Below, one piece after another: positions 42,917 through 55,298 of a DNA stretch of 64,000 nucleotides (position 1 is the stretch's first letter; each line of letters opens with the position of its first letter). The stretch is from Bacillus subtilis subsp. subtilis str. 168 (GTDB lineage: Bacteria; Bacillota; Bacilli; Bacillales; Bacillaceae), in contig NC_000964.3 of assembly GCF_000009045.1 (NCBI RefSeq), positions 1 through 64,000 on the forward strand, written 5' to 3'. The notes beneath the pieces were generated by a model. It did not search any database. It was not told the origin of the DNA and was given only the letters and a program-made list of their open reading frames with translations. Position numbers and translations under genes: made by a program.

Positions 42917-43660
42917 ATGGTTTCATTACATGATGATGAAAGATTAGATTATTTGCTGGCAGAGGACATGAAAATCATACAAAGCCCAACAGTGTTTGCT
43001 TTTTCGTTGGACGCTGTGCTTCTGTCCAAATTTGCGTACGTTCCGATTCAAAAAGGGAAAATTGTTGATTTATGCACCGGCAATGGTATTGTGCCGCTGC
43101 TGCTCAGTACAAGATCAAAAGCAGACATTCTGGGAGTCGAAATTCAAGAAAGACTGCATGATATGGCTGTTCGCAGCGTGGAGTATAATAAGTTGGACGA
43201 TCAGATCCAGATCATACATGATGACCTGAAAAACATGCCGGAGAAACTTGGACATAATCGATATGATGTTGTCACCTGCAATCCGCCGTATTTTAAAACG
43301 CCGAAACAAACTGAACAAAACATGAACGAGCATCTCCGAATCGCAAGACATGAAATCCACTGCACGCTGGAGGATGTCATTTCAGTCAGCAGCAAGCTGC
43401 TCAAGCAAGGGGGAAAAGCAGCTCTTGTTCACCGGCCGGGAAGGCTTCTGGAGATTTTTGAACTGATGAAGGCTTATCAAATCGAGCCGAAACGTGTACA
43501 ATTTGTCTATCCGAAGCAAGGGAAAGAAGCCAATACCATTTTGGTTGAAGGTATCAAAGGCGGGCGCCCGGATTTGAAAATTCTTCCTCCCTTATTCGTA
43601 TATGATGAACAAAATGAATATACAAAAGAAATCAGGACCATTTTATATGGAGACAAATAA
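42917..43660 (+). CDS. yabB: tRNA adenine-N6 methyltransferase family (YabB)
   Basis: SAM motif VDLCTGNG and NPPY catalytic motif. Confidence 0.92.
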
Positions 43661-43946
43661 CCATTTCTTCTACGTCGTGAAATGTAAGGACAATAGCTGG
43701 TATGCCGGGTATACCAACGATCTGCATAAACGAGTGAAAACGCACAATGATGGAAAGGGCGCAAAGTACACAAAAGTAAGACGTCCGGTTGAATTAATTT
43801 TTGCCGAGAGCTTTTCAACAAAGCGGGAAGCTATGCAGGCGGAATATTATTTCAAAAAACTAACTCGGAAGAAAAAAGAGCTTTATATAGAAGAAAAGCG
43901 GAACAGCAAGGAGGCTGTATATGTTAAGGCGCCAAATGAGCTTTAA
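43647..43946 (+). CDS. yazA: GIY-YIG (UPF0213) putative endonuclease
   Basis: FYVVKC...WYAGYT...R...H.G.GAKYT...E pattern; overlaps yabB and rsmI. Confidence 0.9.
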
Positions 43947-44799
43947 TGGAAAGTCGGACATGGGGATTCTTTACTTGGTCCCAACCCCAATCGGAAATTT
44001 AGAGGATATGACATTCCGGGCGATCGACACGCTGAAATCAGTGGATGCGATTGCTGCGGAAGATACGAGGCAAACGAAAAAGCTTTGTCATGTATATGAA
44101 ATTGAAACACCGCTCGTCAGCTATCACGAACACAATAAAGAAAGCAGTGGGCACAAAATTATTGAATGGCTGAAATCGGGAAAAAACATTGCTCTTGTCA
44201 GTGATGCCGGTCTGCCGACGATTTCTGATCCCGGAGCGGAAATTGTAAAGGATTTTACGGATATAGGCGGTTATGTTGTTCCGTTGCCGGGAGCAAATGC
44301 TGCATTAACAGCTCTTATTGCTTCAGGTATTGTACCGCAGCCTTTTTTCTTTTACGGTTTTCTCAACAGACAGAAAAAAGAAAAGAAGAAGGAGCTTGAA
44401 GCCCTTAAAAAACGGCAGGAAACGATCATTTTTTATGAAGCGCCCCACAGATTGAAGGAAACCTTGTCAGCGATGGCAGAGATATTAGGAGATCGGGAAA
44501 TTGCTGTAACACGTGAACTCACTAAGAAATATGAAGAGTTTATCCGAGGAACCATATCTGAGGTCATTGGATGGGCAAACGAGGATCAGATACGCGGCGA
44601 GTTTTGTCTTGTCGTAGAAGGAAGTAATAATGAAGAGGTAGATGAGGAAGAACAATGGTGGGAAACCCTCACTGCGAAAGAACATGTCGAGCATTACATT
44701 TCGAAAGGCGCTACGTCTAAAGAAGCTATTAAAAAAGCAGCAGTCGATCGCAATGTACCAAAGCGTGAAGTGTACGATGCTTACCATATTAAGCAATAA
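43921..44799 (+). CDS. rsmI: 16S rRNA C1402 2'-O-methyltransferase
   Basis: PTPIGNLED, AEDTR, SDAGLPTISDPG and FYEAPHR. Confidence 0.97.
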   Translation: MLRRQMSFNGKSDMGILYLVPTPIGNLEDMTFRAIDTLKSVDAIAAEDTRQTKKLCHVYEIETPLVSYHEHNKESSGHKIIEWLKSGKNIALVSDAGLPTISDPGAEIVKDFTDIGGYVVPLPGANAALTALIASGIVPQPFFFYGFLNRQKKEKKKELEALKKRQETIIFYEAPHRLKETLSAMAEILGDREIAVTRELTKKYEEFIRGTISEVIGWANEDQIRGEFCLVVEGSNNEEVDEEEQWWETLTAKEHVEHYISKGATSKEAIKKAAVDRNVPKREVYDAYHIKQ

Positions 44800-44834
44800 A
44801 AAAACGTTCTTGTGTCATAACAAGAACGTTTTTT
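44798..44834. terminator. Bidirectional terminator between rsmI and abrB
   Basis: A7-CGTTCTTGT...ACAAGAACG-T6. Confidence 0.88.
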
Positions 44835-44847
44835 GTACAAGAAATGA

Positions 44848-45138
44848 TTATTTAAGGTTTTGAAGCTGGTTTTGGATTTCGCTGATGATTTGCTCAGCGC
44901 CTTCTTTACTAAGAACCAATTTACCGCCTGCAAGTTTAAGGTTATCATCAGAAACTTCACCAGTTACTTGGCAAGTCATGTTTGGTTTATATTTTTTAAG
45001 GATGATTTTTTCATCATCAACATAGATTTCAAGAGCATCTTTTTCTGCGATTCCAAGAGTACGACGCAGTTCGATAGGAATAACTACACGTCCTAATTCA
45101 TCAACTTTACGTACAATACCAGTAGATTTCATAAACAT
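44848..45138 (-). CDS. abrB: Transition-state regulator AbrB
   Basis: MKSTGIVRKVDELGRVVIP signature; SD GGAGG. Confidence 0.99.
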   Translation of the reverse strand: MFMKSTGIVRKVDELGRVVIPIELRRTLGIAEKDALEIYVDDEKIILKKYKPNMTCQVTGEVSDDNLKLAGGKLVLSKEGAEQIISEIQNQLQNLK

Positions 45139-45180
45139 TCTCCTCCCAAGAGATACTTATTTGTTTAAATTATATTTTTC

Positions 45181-45242
45181 TTCGTCATTATTCGACAAAA
45201 TCCTTACCTTCATAGCATAACAAGGTTTCCAATAATCGTCAA
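45181..45242 (-). promoter_or_regulatory. abrB promoter with downstream tandem Spo0A boxes
   Basis: Minus strand TTGACG (45242-45237), 17 bp, TATGCT (45219-45214); 0A boxes TGTCGAA (45197-45191) and TGACGAA (45187-45181). Confidence 0.88.
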
Positions 45243-45500
45243 TCATTTTGTTTACTATTGATTGTAAGAATTAGTTCTTATAGTCAGTAATGTCTTGGAA
45301 ACTACCGAAATAACAGCATTTTATAAATATTTAATAAAGCTATTATCCTACTAAAAATCCTTTTAAATCAAGACTTTCGAACCAAAGTTTTTTATTTCAT
45401 TTGATTATATACGACAAAATTCGACACGAACAGACTTTTTTTATTTTCATTAAAGATTTTTAATTTTAATTATTCTTTTTCAGGGCGTATGTATATATTC

Positions 45501-45528
45501 TTGATCTTAAAGGCTAAGATGGTATCAT
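45501..45528 (+). promoter_or_regulatory. Putative sigmaA promoter of metS
   Basis: TTGATC-16-TGg-TATCAT. Confidence 0.6.
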
Positions 45529-45579
45529 AGATAAAGGATAAATATAAATAATATTCATATATGATTTGCACTTATCGCC

Positions 45580-45607
45580 GCTCTCGTCCTTTGGGCGGGA
45601 GCTTTTT
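45580..45607 (+). terminator. Terminator-like hairpin in the metS leader
   Basis: GCTCTCGTCC-ttt-GGGCGGGAGC-T5, ending 12 nt before the SD. Confidence 0.7.
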
Positions 45608-45617
45608 GACATTCTGA

Positions 45618-47627
<2,010 letters not shown>

Positions 47628-47633
47628 TGATAA

Positions 47634-47677
47634 ACAAAAGGTGTTTCACGTGTAACAATTCGTCGAACACCTTTTGT
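47634..47677. terminator. Inverted repeat/terminator after metS
   Basis: ACAAAAGGTGTT...AACACCTTTTGT. Confidence 0.65.
47642..47657. promoter_or_regulatory. parS: parS centromere-like site (Spo0J/ParB)
   Basis: TGTTTCACGTGTAACA; the reverse complement TGTTACACGTGAAACA matches consensus TGTTNCACGTGAAACA; origin-proximal. Confidence 0.95.
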
Positions 47678-47705
47678 GTTTCGACAAGAAAGGAGTTTTT
47701 CACTT

Positions 47706-48473
47706 ATGTTGTTTGACACTCACGCGCATTTAAATGCAGAACAATATGATACTGATCTTGAAGAGGTTATTGAACGGGCAAAAGCTGAAAAAGTTGAACG
47801 AATTGTCGTAGTTGGTTTTGACCGTCCGACGATTACCCGTGCGATGGAAATGATTGAGGAATATGATTTTATTTATGCAGCCATTGGCTGGCACCCTGTT
47901 GACGCTATTGACATGACAGAGGAAGACTTAGCGTGGATTAAAGAGCTTTCTGCTCATGAGAAAGTGGTAGCGATAGGGGAAATGGGACTGGATTATCATT
48001 GGGATAAATCACCTAAAGATATTCAAAAAGAGGTGTTTAGAAATCAAATCGCCTTAGCGAAAGAGGTCAATTTGCCTATTATCATTCATAACCGTGATGC
48101 AACGGAGGATGTCGTGACCATTTTGAAAGAGGAAGGCGCAGAAGCTGTGGGCGGAATCATGCACTGCTTTACAGGAAGTGCGGAAGTGGCAAGAGAATGC
48201 ATGAAAATGAATTTTTATTTATCATTTGGGGGACCGGTGACATTTAAAAATGCGAAGAAACCGAAGGAAGTAGTGAAGGAAATTCCCAATGACCGGCTGC
48301 TGATTGAAACGGACTGCCCGTTTCTCACACCGCACCCTTTCCGCGGGAAAAGAAATGAGCCAAGCTATGTGAAATATGTGGCAGAACAAATCGCCGAATT
48401 AAAAGAAATGACCTTTGAAGAGATTGCTTCCATCACGACTGAAAATGCGAAAAGACTTTTCCGTATAAACTGA
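47706..48473 (+). CDS. yabD: TatD-family metal-dependent DNase
   Basis: DTHAH, GEMGLDY, HCF and ETDCP motifs; SD AAAGGAG. Confidence 0.96.
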   Translation: MLFDTHAHLNAEQYDTDLEEVIERAKAEKVERIVVVGFDRPTITRAMEMIEEYDFIYAAIGWHPVDAIDMTEEDLAWIKELSAHEKVVAIGEMGLDYHWDKSPKDIQKEVFRNQIALAKEVNLPIIIHNRDATEDVVTILKEEGAEAVGGIMHCFTGSAEVARECMKMNFYLSFGGPVTFKNAKKPKEVVKEIPNDRLLIETDCPFLTPHPFRGKRNEPSYVKYVAEQIAELKEMTFEEIASITTENAKRLFRIN

Positions 48474-48650
48474 CAAAAAACGCTAGCGGGTTTTGTAAGA
48501 GCTTGTCCCTTACAGCGTTTTTCTATAAAAGTTCTACATGCTTTCTTCTCCTCATAGGATAGGTTTGTCGACAAGTCTTTCTTCCGTTTCTCAGTGTATT
48601 TCAGGATAATGAAGAGGACACTGAGCTTTTGGGAGAAAGAGAAGGGAGGG

Positions 48651-48679
48651 TTGACAGCCTTTTAGATACTCTATATAAT
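48651..48679 (+). promoter_or_regulatory. Consensus sigmaA promoter of yabE
   Basis: Perfect TTGACA-17-TATAAT, located downstream of the ORF-track TTG start at 48629. Confidence 0.88.
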
Positions 48680-48706
48680 CTCTCCGAGGAGAAGGAGGCG
48701 TTTTTC

Positions 48707-49942
48707 ATCACACAAAAAATGAAAAAGCTGTTTTCCGTAAAGCTTAGCAAAAGCAAAGTCATTCTGGTTGCTGCTTGTTTGCTTTTGGCAGGAAGCGGGA
48801 CTGCGTACGCGGCTCATGAGCTGACGAAACAATCAGTCTCAGTTTCTATCAATGGCAAAAAGAAACATATACGCACACATGCAAATACAGTCGGTGATCT
48901 TTTGGAGACGCTTGATATAAAGACAAGAGACGAAGACAAGATCACACCTGCTAAACAGACAAAGATAACAGCAGACATGGACGTTGTGTATGAGGCTGCA
49001 AAACCTGTGAAGCTTACAATAAACGGGGAAGAAAAGACGTTATGGTCAACAGCAAAAACGGTCGGTGCATTACTGGACGAACAAGATGTTGATGTGAAAG
49101 AACAAGATCAAATTGATCCCGCAATAGATACAGATATTTCGAAAGACATGAAGATTAACATAGAGCCCGCATTTCAGGTTACTGTGAATGATGCAGGGAA
49201 ACAAAAGAAGATCTGGACGACTTCGACTACGGTCGCTGACTTTTTAAAACAGCAAAAGATGAACATAAAAGACGAAGATAAAATCAAGCCTGCGTTAGAT
49301 GCAAAGCTGACGAAAGGAAAGGCTGATATTACAATTACTCGTATCGAAAAGGTCACCGATGTAGTTGAAGAGAAGATTGCGTTCGATGTGAAAAAGCAAG
49401 AAGACGCTTCTCTTGAAAAAGGGAAAGAAAAGGTCGTCCAAAAAGGAAAAGAAGGCAAGCTAAAAAAACATTTCGAAGTCGTTAAAGAAAACGGTAAAGA
49501 AGTGTCCAGAGAGCTTGTAAAAGAAGAAACAGCTGAACAAAGCAAAGATAAAGTGATTGCTGTCGGCACAAAGCAAAGCAGTCCAAAATTTGAAACGGTC
49601 AGTGCTTCAGGTGATTCAAAAACAGTTGTGTCCCGCAGCAATGAATCAACAGGCAAAGTCATGACTGTATCATCTACGGCTTATACGGCAAGCTGCAGCG
49701 GTTGTTCAGGACATACAGCGACAGGCGTCAATTTAAAAAATAATCCGAATGCCAAAGTCATCGCTGTGGATCCAAATGTCATTCCGCTAGGCTCCAAAGT
49801 CCACGTGGAAGGCTATGGATATGCCATTGCTGCAGATACCGGTTCAGCGATTAAAGGGAACAAGATAGACGTCTTTTTCCCAGAGAAATCATCGGCGTAC
49901 CGATGGGGAAATAAAACAGTCAAAATTAAAATCTTAAATTAG
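48707..49942 (+). CDS. yabE: YabE cell-wall protein (DUF348 repeats, G5, 3D/Rpf-like domain)
   Basis: Signal peptide (KKLF...AYA), three DUF348-like repeats, G5 and 3D domain (IAVDP, AADTG, IDVF). The ORF is open from 48629, but promoter and SD positions imply a start at ATC 48707 or ATG 48719. Confidence 0.93.
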   Translation: MTQKMKKLFSVKLSKSKVILVAACLLLAGSGTAYAAHELTKQSVSVSINGKKKHIRTHANTVGDLLETLDIKTRDEDKITPAKQTKITADMDVVYEAAKPVKLTINGEEKTLWSTAKTVGALLDEQDVDVKEQDQIDPAIDTDISKDMKINIEPAFQVTVNDAGKQKKIWTTSTTVADFLKQQKMNIKDEDKIKPALDAKLTKGKADITITRIEKVTDVVEEKIAFDVKKQEDASLEKGKEKVVQKGKEGKLKKHFEVVKENGKEVSRELVKEETAEQSKDKVIAVGTKQSSPKFETVSASGDSKTVVSRSNESTGKVMTVSSTAYTASCSGCSGHTATGVNLKNNPNAKVIAVDPNVIPLGSKVHVEGYGYAIAADTGSAIKGNKIDVFFPEKSSAYRWGNKTVKIKILN

Positions 49943-49958
49943 TATATACTTATGTATT

Positions 49959-49986
49959 CAGAGGGTTTTGCGCCCTCTGTTTTTTT
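49959..49986 (+). terminator. Terminator after yabE
   Basis: CAGAGGG-ttttgcg-CCCTCTG-T7. Confidence 0.85.
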
Positions 49987-50021
49987 CGTTATAATAGACA
50001 AAGTGCATTTTCTGCTTATTA

Positions 50022-50047
50022 GACGCTCGATATAAGAAAAAGTTTCA
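50022..50047 (-). promoter_or_regulatory. ECF (sigmaM/X-type) promoter driving an antisense RNA across yabE
   Basis: Minus strand TGAAAC-16-CGTC pointing into yabE; an ECF-dependent yabE antisense RNA is known in B. subtilis. Confidence 0.85.
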
Positions 50048-50086
50048 TGAATATACAAAAGTTTTTATTTTGTCTTGGAGGAAATA

Positions 50087-51529
<1,443 letters not shown>

Positions 51530-51537
51530 GTTTTGCG

Positions 51538-51566
51538 CACCACATGGACTGCCGCTACATAGGCTA
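51538..51566 (+). promoter_or_regulatory. sigmaK-type promoter of yabG
   Basis: CACC-16-CATAGGCTA fits mACm-N16-CATAnnnTA. Confidence 0.75.
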
Positions 51567-51679
51567 GAGAAGGACCTTTCATTCAATGATAAGAAAAAAC
51601 TTGGACTCAGCGAAAAAAGGCGCTTTCTCAAGGCTCTTTCTTTCATGATGAGGCTTAGTCTATGTGTGGAGTGAGGAAC

Positions 51680-52552
51680 GTGCAATTTCAAATAGGGGAT
51701 ATGGTAGCCAGAAAATCCTATCAGATGGATGTTTTGTTTCGAATTATAGGAATAGAGCAAACAAGCAAAGGAAATTCAATTGCCATTTTGCATGGAGATG
51801 AAGTCAGGCTGATTGCTGATTCGGATTTTTCTGATCTGGTGGCAGTGAAAAAGGATGAGCAGATGATGCGGAAAAAGAAAGATGAGAGCAGAATGAATGA
51901 GTCGCTCGAATTGCTCCGCCAAGATTATAAGCTGCTCAGAGAAAAGCAGGAGTACTATGCGACAAGCCAATATCAGCATCAGGAGCATTATTTCCATATG
52001 CCGGGCAAAGTGCTTCATCTGGATGGTGACGAAGCATATTTGAAAAAATGCCTGAATGTCTATAAAAAAATTGGAGTGCCGGTCTATGGCATCCATTGCC
52101 ATGAAAAGAAAATGTCTGCTTCTATTGAAGTATTGCTCGACAAATATCGACCTGACATCCTGGTGATCACAGGGCATGATGCGTACTCGAAGCAAAAGGG
52201 CGGTATTGATGATTTGAATGCGTACAGACATTCTAAGCACTTTGTTGAAACAGTTCAAACAGCCCGAAAAAAGATCCCTCACTTAGATCAGCTTGTTATT
52301 TTTGCGGGGGCCTGCCAATCCCATTTTGAATCACTCATCAGAGCGGGTGCGAATTTTGCAAGTTCACCGTCAAGAGTCAATATTCATGCGCTTGATCCGG
52401 TATATATCGTCGCGAAGATCAGCTTTACGCCGTTTATGGAACGGATTAATGTATGGGAAGTGCTCCGTAATACGCTGACAAGAGAGAAAGGGCTTGGAGG
52501 TATTGAAACAAGAGGAGTTCTGAGAATTGGTATGCCTTATAAGTCCAATTAA
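51680..52552 (+). CDS. yabG: Sporulation-specific protease YabG
   Basis: GTG start; ARKSYQMDVLF, PGKVLHLDGD, TGHD, GACQS and SSPSR. Confidence 0.95.
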   Translation: MQFQIGDMVARKSYQMDVLFRIIGIEQTSKGNSIAILHGDEVRLIADSDFSDLVAVKKDEQMMRKKKDESRMNESLELLRQDYKLLREKQEYYATSQYQHQEHYFHMPGKVLHLDGDEAYLKKCLNVYKKIGVPVYGIHCHEKKMSASIEVLLDKYRPDILVITGHDAYSKQKGGIDDLNAYRHSKHFVETVQTARKKIPHLDQLVIFAGACQSHFESLIRAGANFASSPSRVNIHALDPVYIVAKISFTPFMERINVWEVLRNTLTREKGLGGIETRGVLRIGMPYKSN

Positions 52553-52560
52553 CAGTTGAA

Positions 52561-52591
52561 AACCTGCATAGGAGAGCTATGCGGGTTTTTT
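52561..52591 (+). terminator. Terminator after yabG
   Basis: AACCTGCATAG-gagag-CTATGCGGGTT-TTTT. Confidence 0.85.
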
Positions 52592-52671
52592 ATTTTACAT
52601 AATGATACATAATTTACCGAAACTTGCGGAACATAATTGAGGAATCATAGAATTTTGTCAAAATAATTTTA

Positions 52672-52741
52672 TTGACAACGTCTTATTAACGTTGATATAA
52701 TTTAAATTTTATTTGACAAAAATGGGCTCGTGTTGTACAAT
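52672..52741 (+). promoter_or_regulatory. Tandem strong sigmaA promoters of veg (Pveg)
   Basis: TTGACA-18-TATAAT (52672-52701) and TTGACA-17-TACAAT (52713-52741). Confidence 0.9.
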
Positions 52742-52762
52742 AAATGTAGTGAGGTGGATGCA

Positions 52763-53023
52763 ATGGCGAAGACGTTGTCCGATATTAAAAGATCGCTTGA
52801 TGGGAATTTAGGTAAAAGGCTGACGTTAAAAGCAAACGGTGGCCGCCGAAAAACGATTGAGCGTTCGGGCATTTTAGCTGAGACGTACCCTTCTGTTTTT
52901 GTGATACAACTAGATCAAGACGAGAACTCGTTTGAAAGAGTTTCATACAGTTATGCTGATATTTTGACTGAGACTGTTGAGCTGACATTTAATGATGACG
53001 CCGCAAGCTCAGTGGCATTTTAA
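52763..53023 (+). CDS. veg: Veg protein
   Basis: [16 protein letters not shown] and YSYADILT; SD GAGGTG. Confidence 0.97.
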
Positions 53024-53026
53024 CGG

Positions 53027-53054
53027 GCAGTGAACCTTTTGTTTACTGCTTTTT
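53027..53054 (+). terminator. Terminator after veg
   Basis: GCAGTGAAC-ctttt-GTTTACTGC-T5. Confidence 0.8.
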
Positions 53055-53182
53055 GTTTTGCCCTTTTTTGGTTTCCAATAATTTTAACGAAAGTTCCATC
53101 TGATTTAACAAAAGATAAAACAGTCACATATTATCGTGACGTGCACGAATGGCTATCACTTCTAAAAAAGGAGTTGTTTCGT

Positions 53183-53368
53183 TTGGGCAGACGTCGTGGA
53201 GTTATGTCAGATGAGTTTAAATATGAGCTGGCTAAAGACCTTGGTTTTTATGACACAGTAAAAAATGGAGGCTGGGGTGAAATTCGGGCCCGCGATGCCG
53301 GTAACATGGTGAAGCGTGCTATTGAAATCGCCGAACAGCAAATGGCTCAGAATCAGAATAACCGATAA
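53183..53368 (+). CDS. sspF: Small acid-soluble spore protein SspF
   Basis: TTG 53183 after AAGGAG; KYELAKDLG...GNMVKRAIE alpha/beta-SASP-like motif. Confidence 0.94.
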   Translation: MGRRRGVMSDEFKYELAKDLGFYDTVKNGGWGEIRARDAGNMVKRAIEIAEQQMAQNQNNR

Positions 53369-53377
53369 GGATGTGAC

Positions 53378-53407
53378 CCGGGGGACGTGCTGTTCCCTGG
53401 TTTTTTT
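53378..53407 (+). terminator. Terminator after sspF
   Basis: CCGGGGGAC-gtgct-GTTCCCTGG-T7. Confidence 0.8.
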
Positions 53408-53515
53408 ATTTTGGATATAAATACATAATGGGCTGAATATGGATATGTTCATCCTGTACTTCAAATGTGATACAATGTTCATACTTATGTTTAGATGGAG
53501 AAGTAGGTGAAAGCT

Positions 53516-54385
53516 ATGCGTATTTTAGAAAAAGCGCCAGCTAAGATCAATCTGTCACTTGACGTCACCCGAAAACGCCCGGATGGCTATCATGAAGTCG
53601 AAATGATCATGACGACAATTGATTTAGCTGATCGAATTGAATTGACGGAGCTTGCAGAGGATGAAGTGAGGGTTTCCTCCCACAACCGATTTGTGCCTGA
53701 TGACCAAAGAAACTTAGCTTATCAGGCTGCCAAGCTGATCAAGGACAGATACAACGTGAAAAAGGGAGTTTCCATCATGATTACGAAGGTAATTCCGGTG
53801 GCTGCCGGTCTTGCCGGCGGAAGCAGTGATGCGGCGGCGACACTCAGAGGGCTGAACAGACTGTGGAATTTAAATCTGTCCGCGGAAACGCTTGCTGAGC
53901 TTGGAGCGGAAATTGGCTCTGACGTTTCATTTTGTGTCTATGGCGGAACTGCATTAGCAACAGGGCGCGGCGAGAAAATTAAACATATCAGCACGCCTCC
54001 GCACTGCTGGGTCATTTTAGCGAAGCCGACAATCGGTGTTTCAACTGCTGAAGTGTACAGAGCGCTGAAACTGGATGGTATAGAGCATCCCGATGTACAA
54101 GGCATGATCGAGGCGATAGAAGAAAAGAGTTTTCAGAAGATGTGCAGCCGGTTAGGCAATGTGCTTGAATCTGTTACACTCGATATGCATCCTGAAGTTG
54201 CGATGATCAAAAACCAGATGAAACGCTTTGGTGCAGATGCCGTGTTAATGAGCGGGAGCGGCCCGACAGTGTTTGGACTGGTTCAGTATGAGTCGAAGGT
54301 GCAGAGAATTTATAACGGGTTAAGAGGCTTCTGCGATCAAGTTTATGCGGTGAGAATGATCGGCGAACAGAACGCTCTTGATTAA
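53516..54385 (+). CDS. ispE: 4-diphosphocytidyl-2-C-methyl-D-erythritol kinase
   Basis: APAKINL, GHMP motif [12 protein letters not shown] and MSGSG. Confidence 0.98.
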   Translation: MRILEKAPAKINLSLDVTRKRPDGYHEVEMIMTTIDLADRIELTELAEDEVRVSSHNRFVPDDQRNLAYQAAKLIKDRYNVKKGVSIMITKVIPVAAGLAGGSSDAAATLRGLNRLWNLNLSAETLAELGAEIGSDVSFCVYGGTALATGRGEKIKHISTPPHCWVILAKPTIGVSTAEVYRALKLDGIEHPDVQGMIEAIEEKSFQKMCSRLGNVLESVTLDMHPEVAMIKNQMKRFGADAVLMSGSGPTVFGLVQYESKVQRIYNGLRGFCDQVYAVRMIGEQNALD

Positions 54386-54427
54386 ATCCGTATGTTAAGT
54401 TATATTGATCTTAAAATATTCGGATTT
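54378..54427 (+). promoter_or_regulatory. purR promoter flanked by inverted PurBoxes
   Basis: TTGATT-17-TATATT (54378-54406); AAATCCGTATGTT (54384-54396) and the inverted AAATCCGAATATT (54427-54415). Confidence 0.8.
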
Positions 54428-54440
54428 TGGGGGTGAGTTC

Positions 54441-55298
54441 ATGAAGTTTCGTCGCAGCGGCAGATTGGTGGACTTAACAAATTATTTGTTAACCCATCCG
54501 CACGAGTTAATACCGCTAACCTTTTTCTCTGAGCGGTATGAATCTGCAAAATCATCGATCAGTGAAGATTTAACAATTATTAAACAAACCTTTGAACAGC
54601 AGGGGATTGGTACTTTGCTTACTGTTCCCGGAGCTGCCGGAGGCGTTAAATATATTCCGAAAATGAAGCAGGCTGAAGCTGAAGAGTTTGTGCAGACACT
54701 TGGACAGTCGCTGGCAAATCCTGAGCGTATCCTTCCGGGCGGTTATGTATATTTAACGGATATCTTAGGAAAGCCATCTGTACTCTCCAAGGTAGGGAAG
54801 CTGTTTGCTTCCGTGTTTGCAGAGCGCGAAATTGATGTTGTCATGACCGTTGCCACGAAAGGCATCCCTCTTGCGTACGCAGCTGCAAGCTATTTGAATG
54901 TGCCTGTTGTGATCGTTCGTAAAGACAATAAGGTAACAGAGGGCTCCACAGTCAGCATTAATTACGTTTCAGGCTCCTCAAACCGCATTCAAACAATGTC
55001 ACTTGCGAAAAGAAGCATGAAAACGGGTTCAAACGTACTCATTATTGATGACTTTATGAAAGCAGGCGGCACCATTAATGGTATGATTAACCTGTTGGAT
55101 GAGTTTAACGCAAATGTGGCGGGAATCGGCGTCTTAGTTGAAGCCGAAGGAGTAGATGAACGTCTTGTTGACGAATATATGTCACTTCTTACTCTTTCAA
55201 CCATCAACATGAAAGAGAAGTCCATTGAAATTCAGAATGGCAATTTTCTGCGTTTTTTTAAAGACAATCTTTTAAAGAATGGAGAGACAGAATCATGA
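54441..55298 (+). CDS. purR: Purine operon repressor PurR (wHTH + PRTase)
   Basis: [14 protein letters not shown] and [11 protein letters not shown]. Confidence 0.98.
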
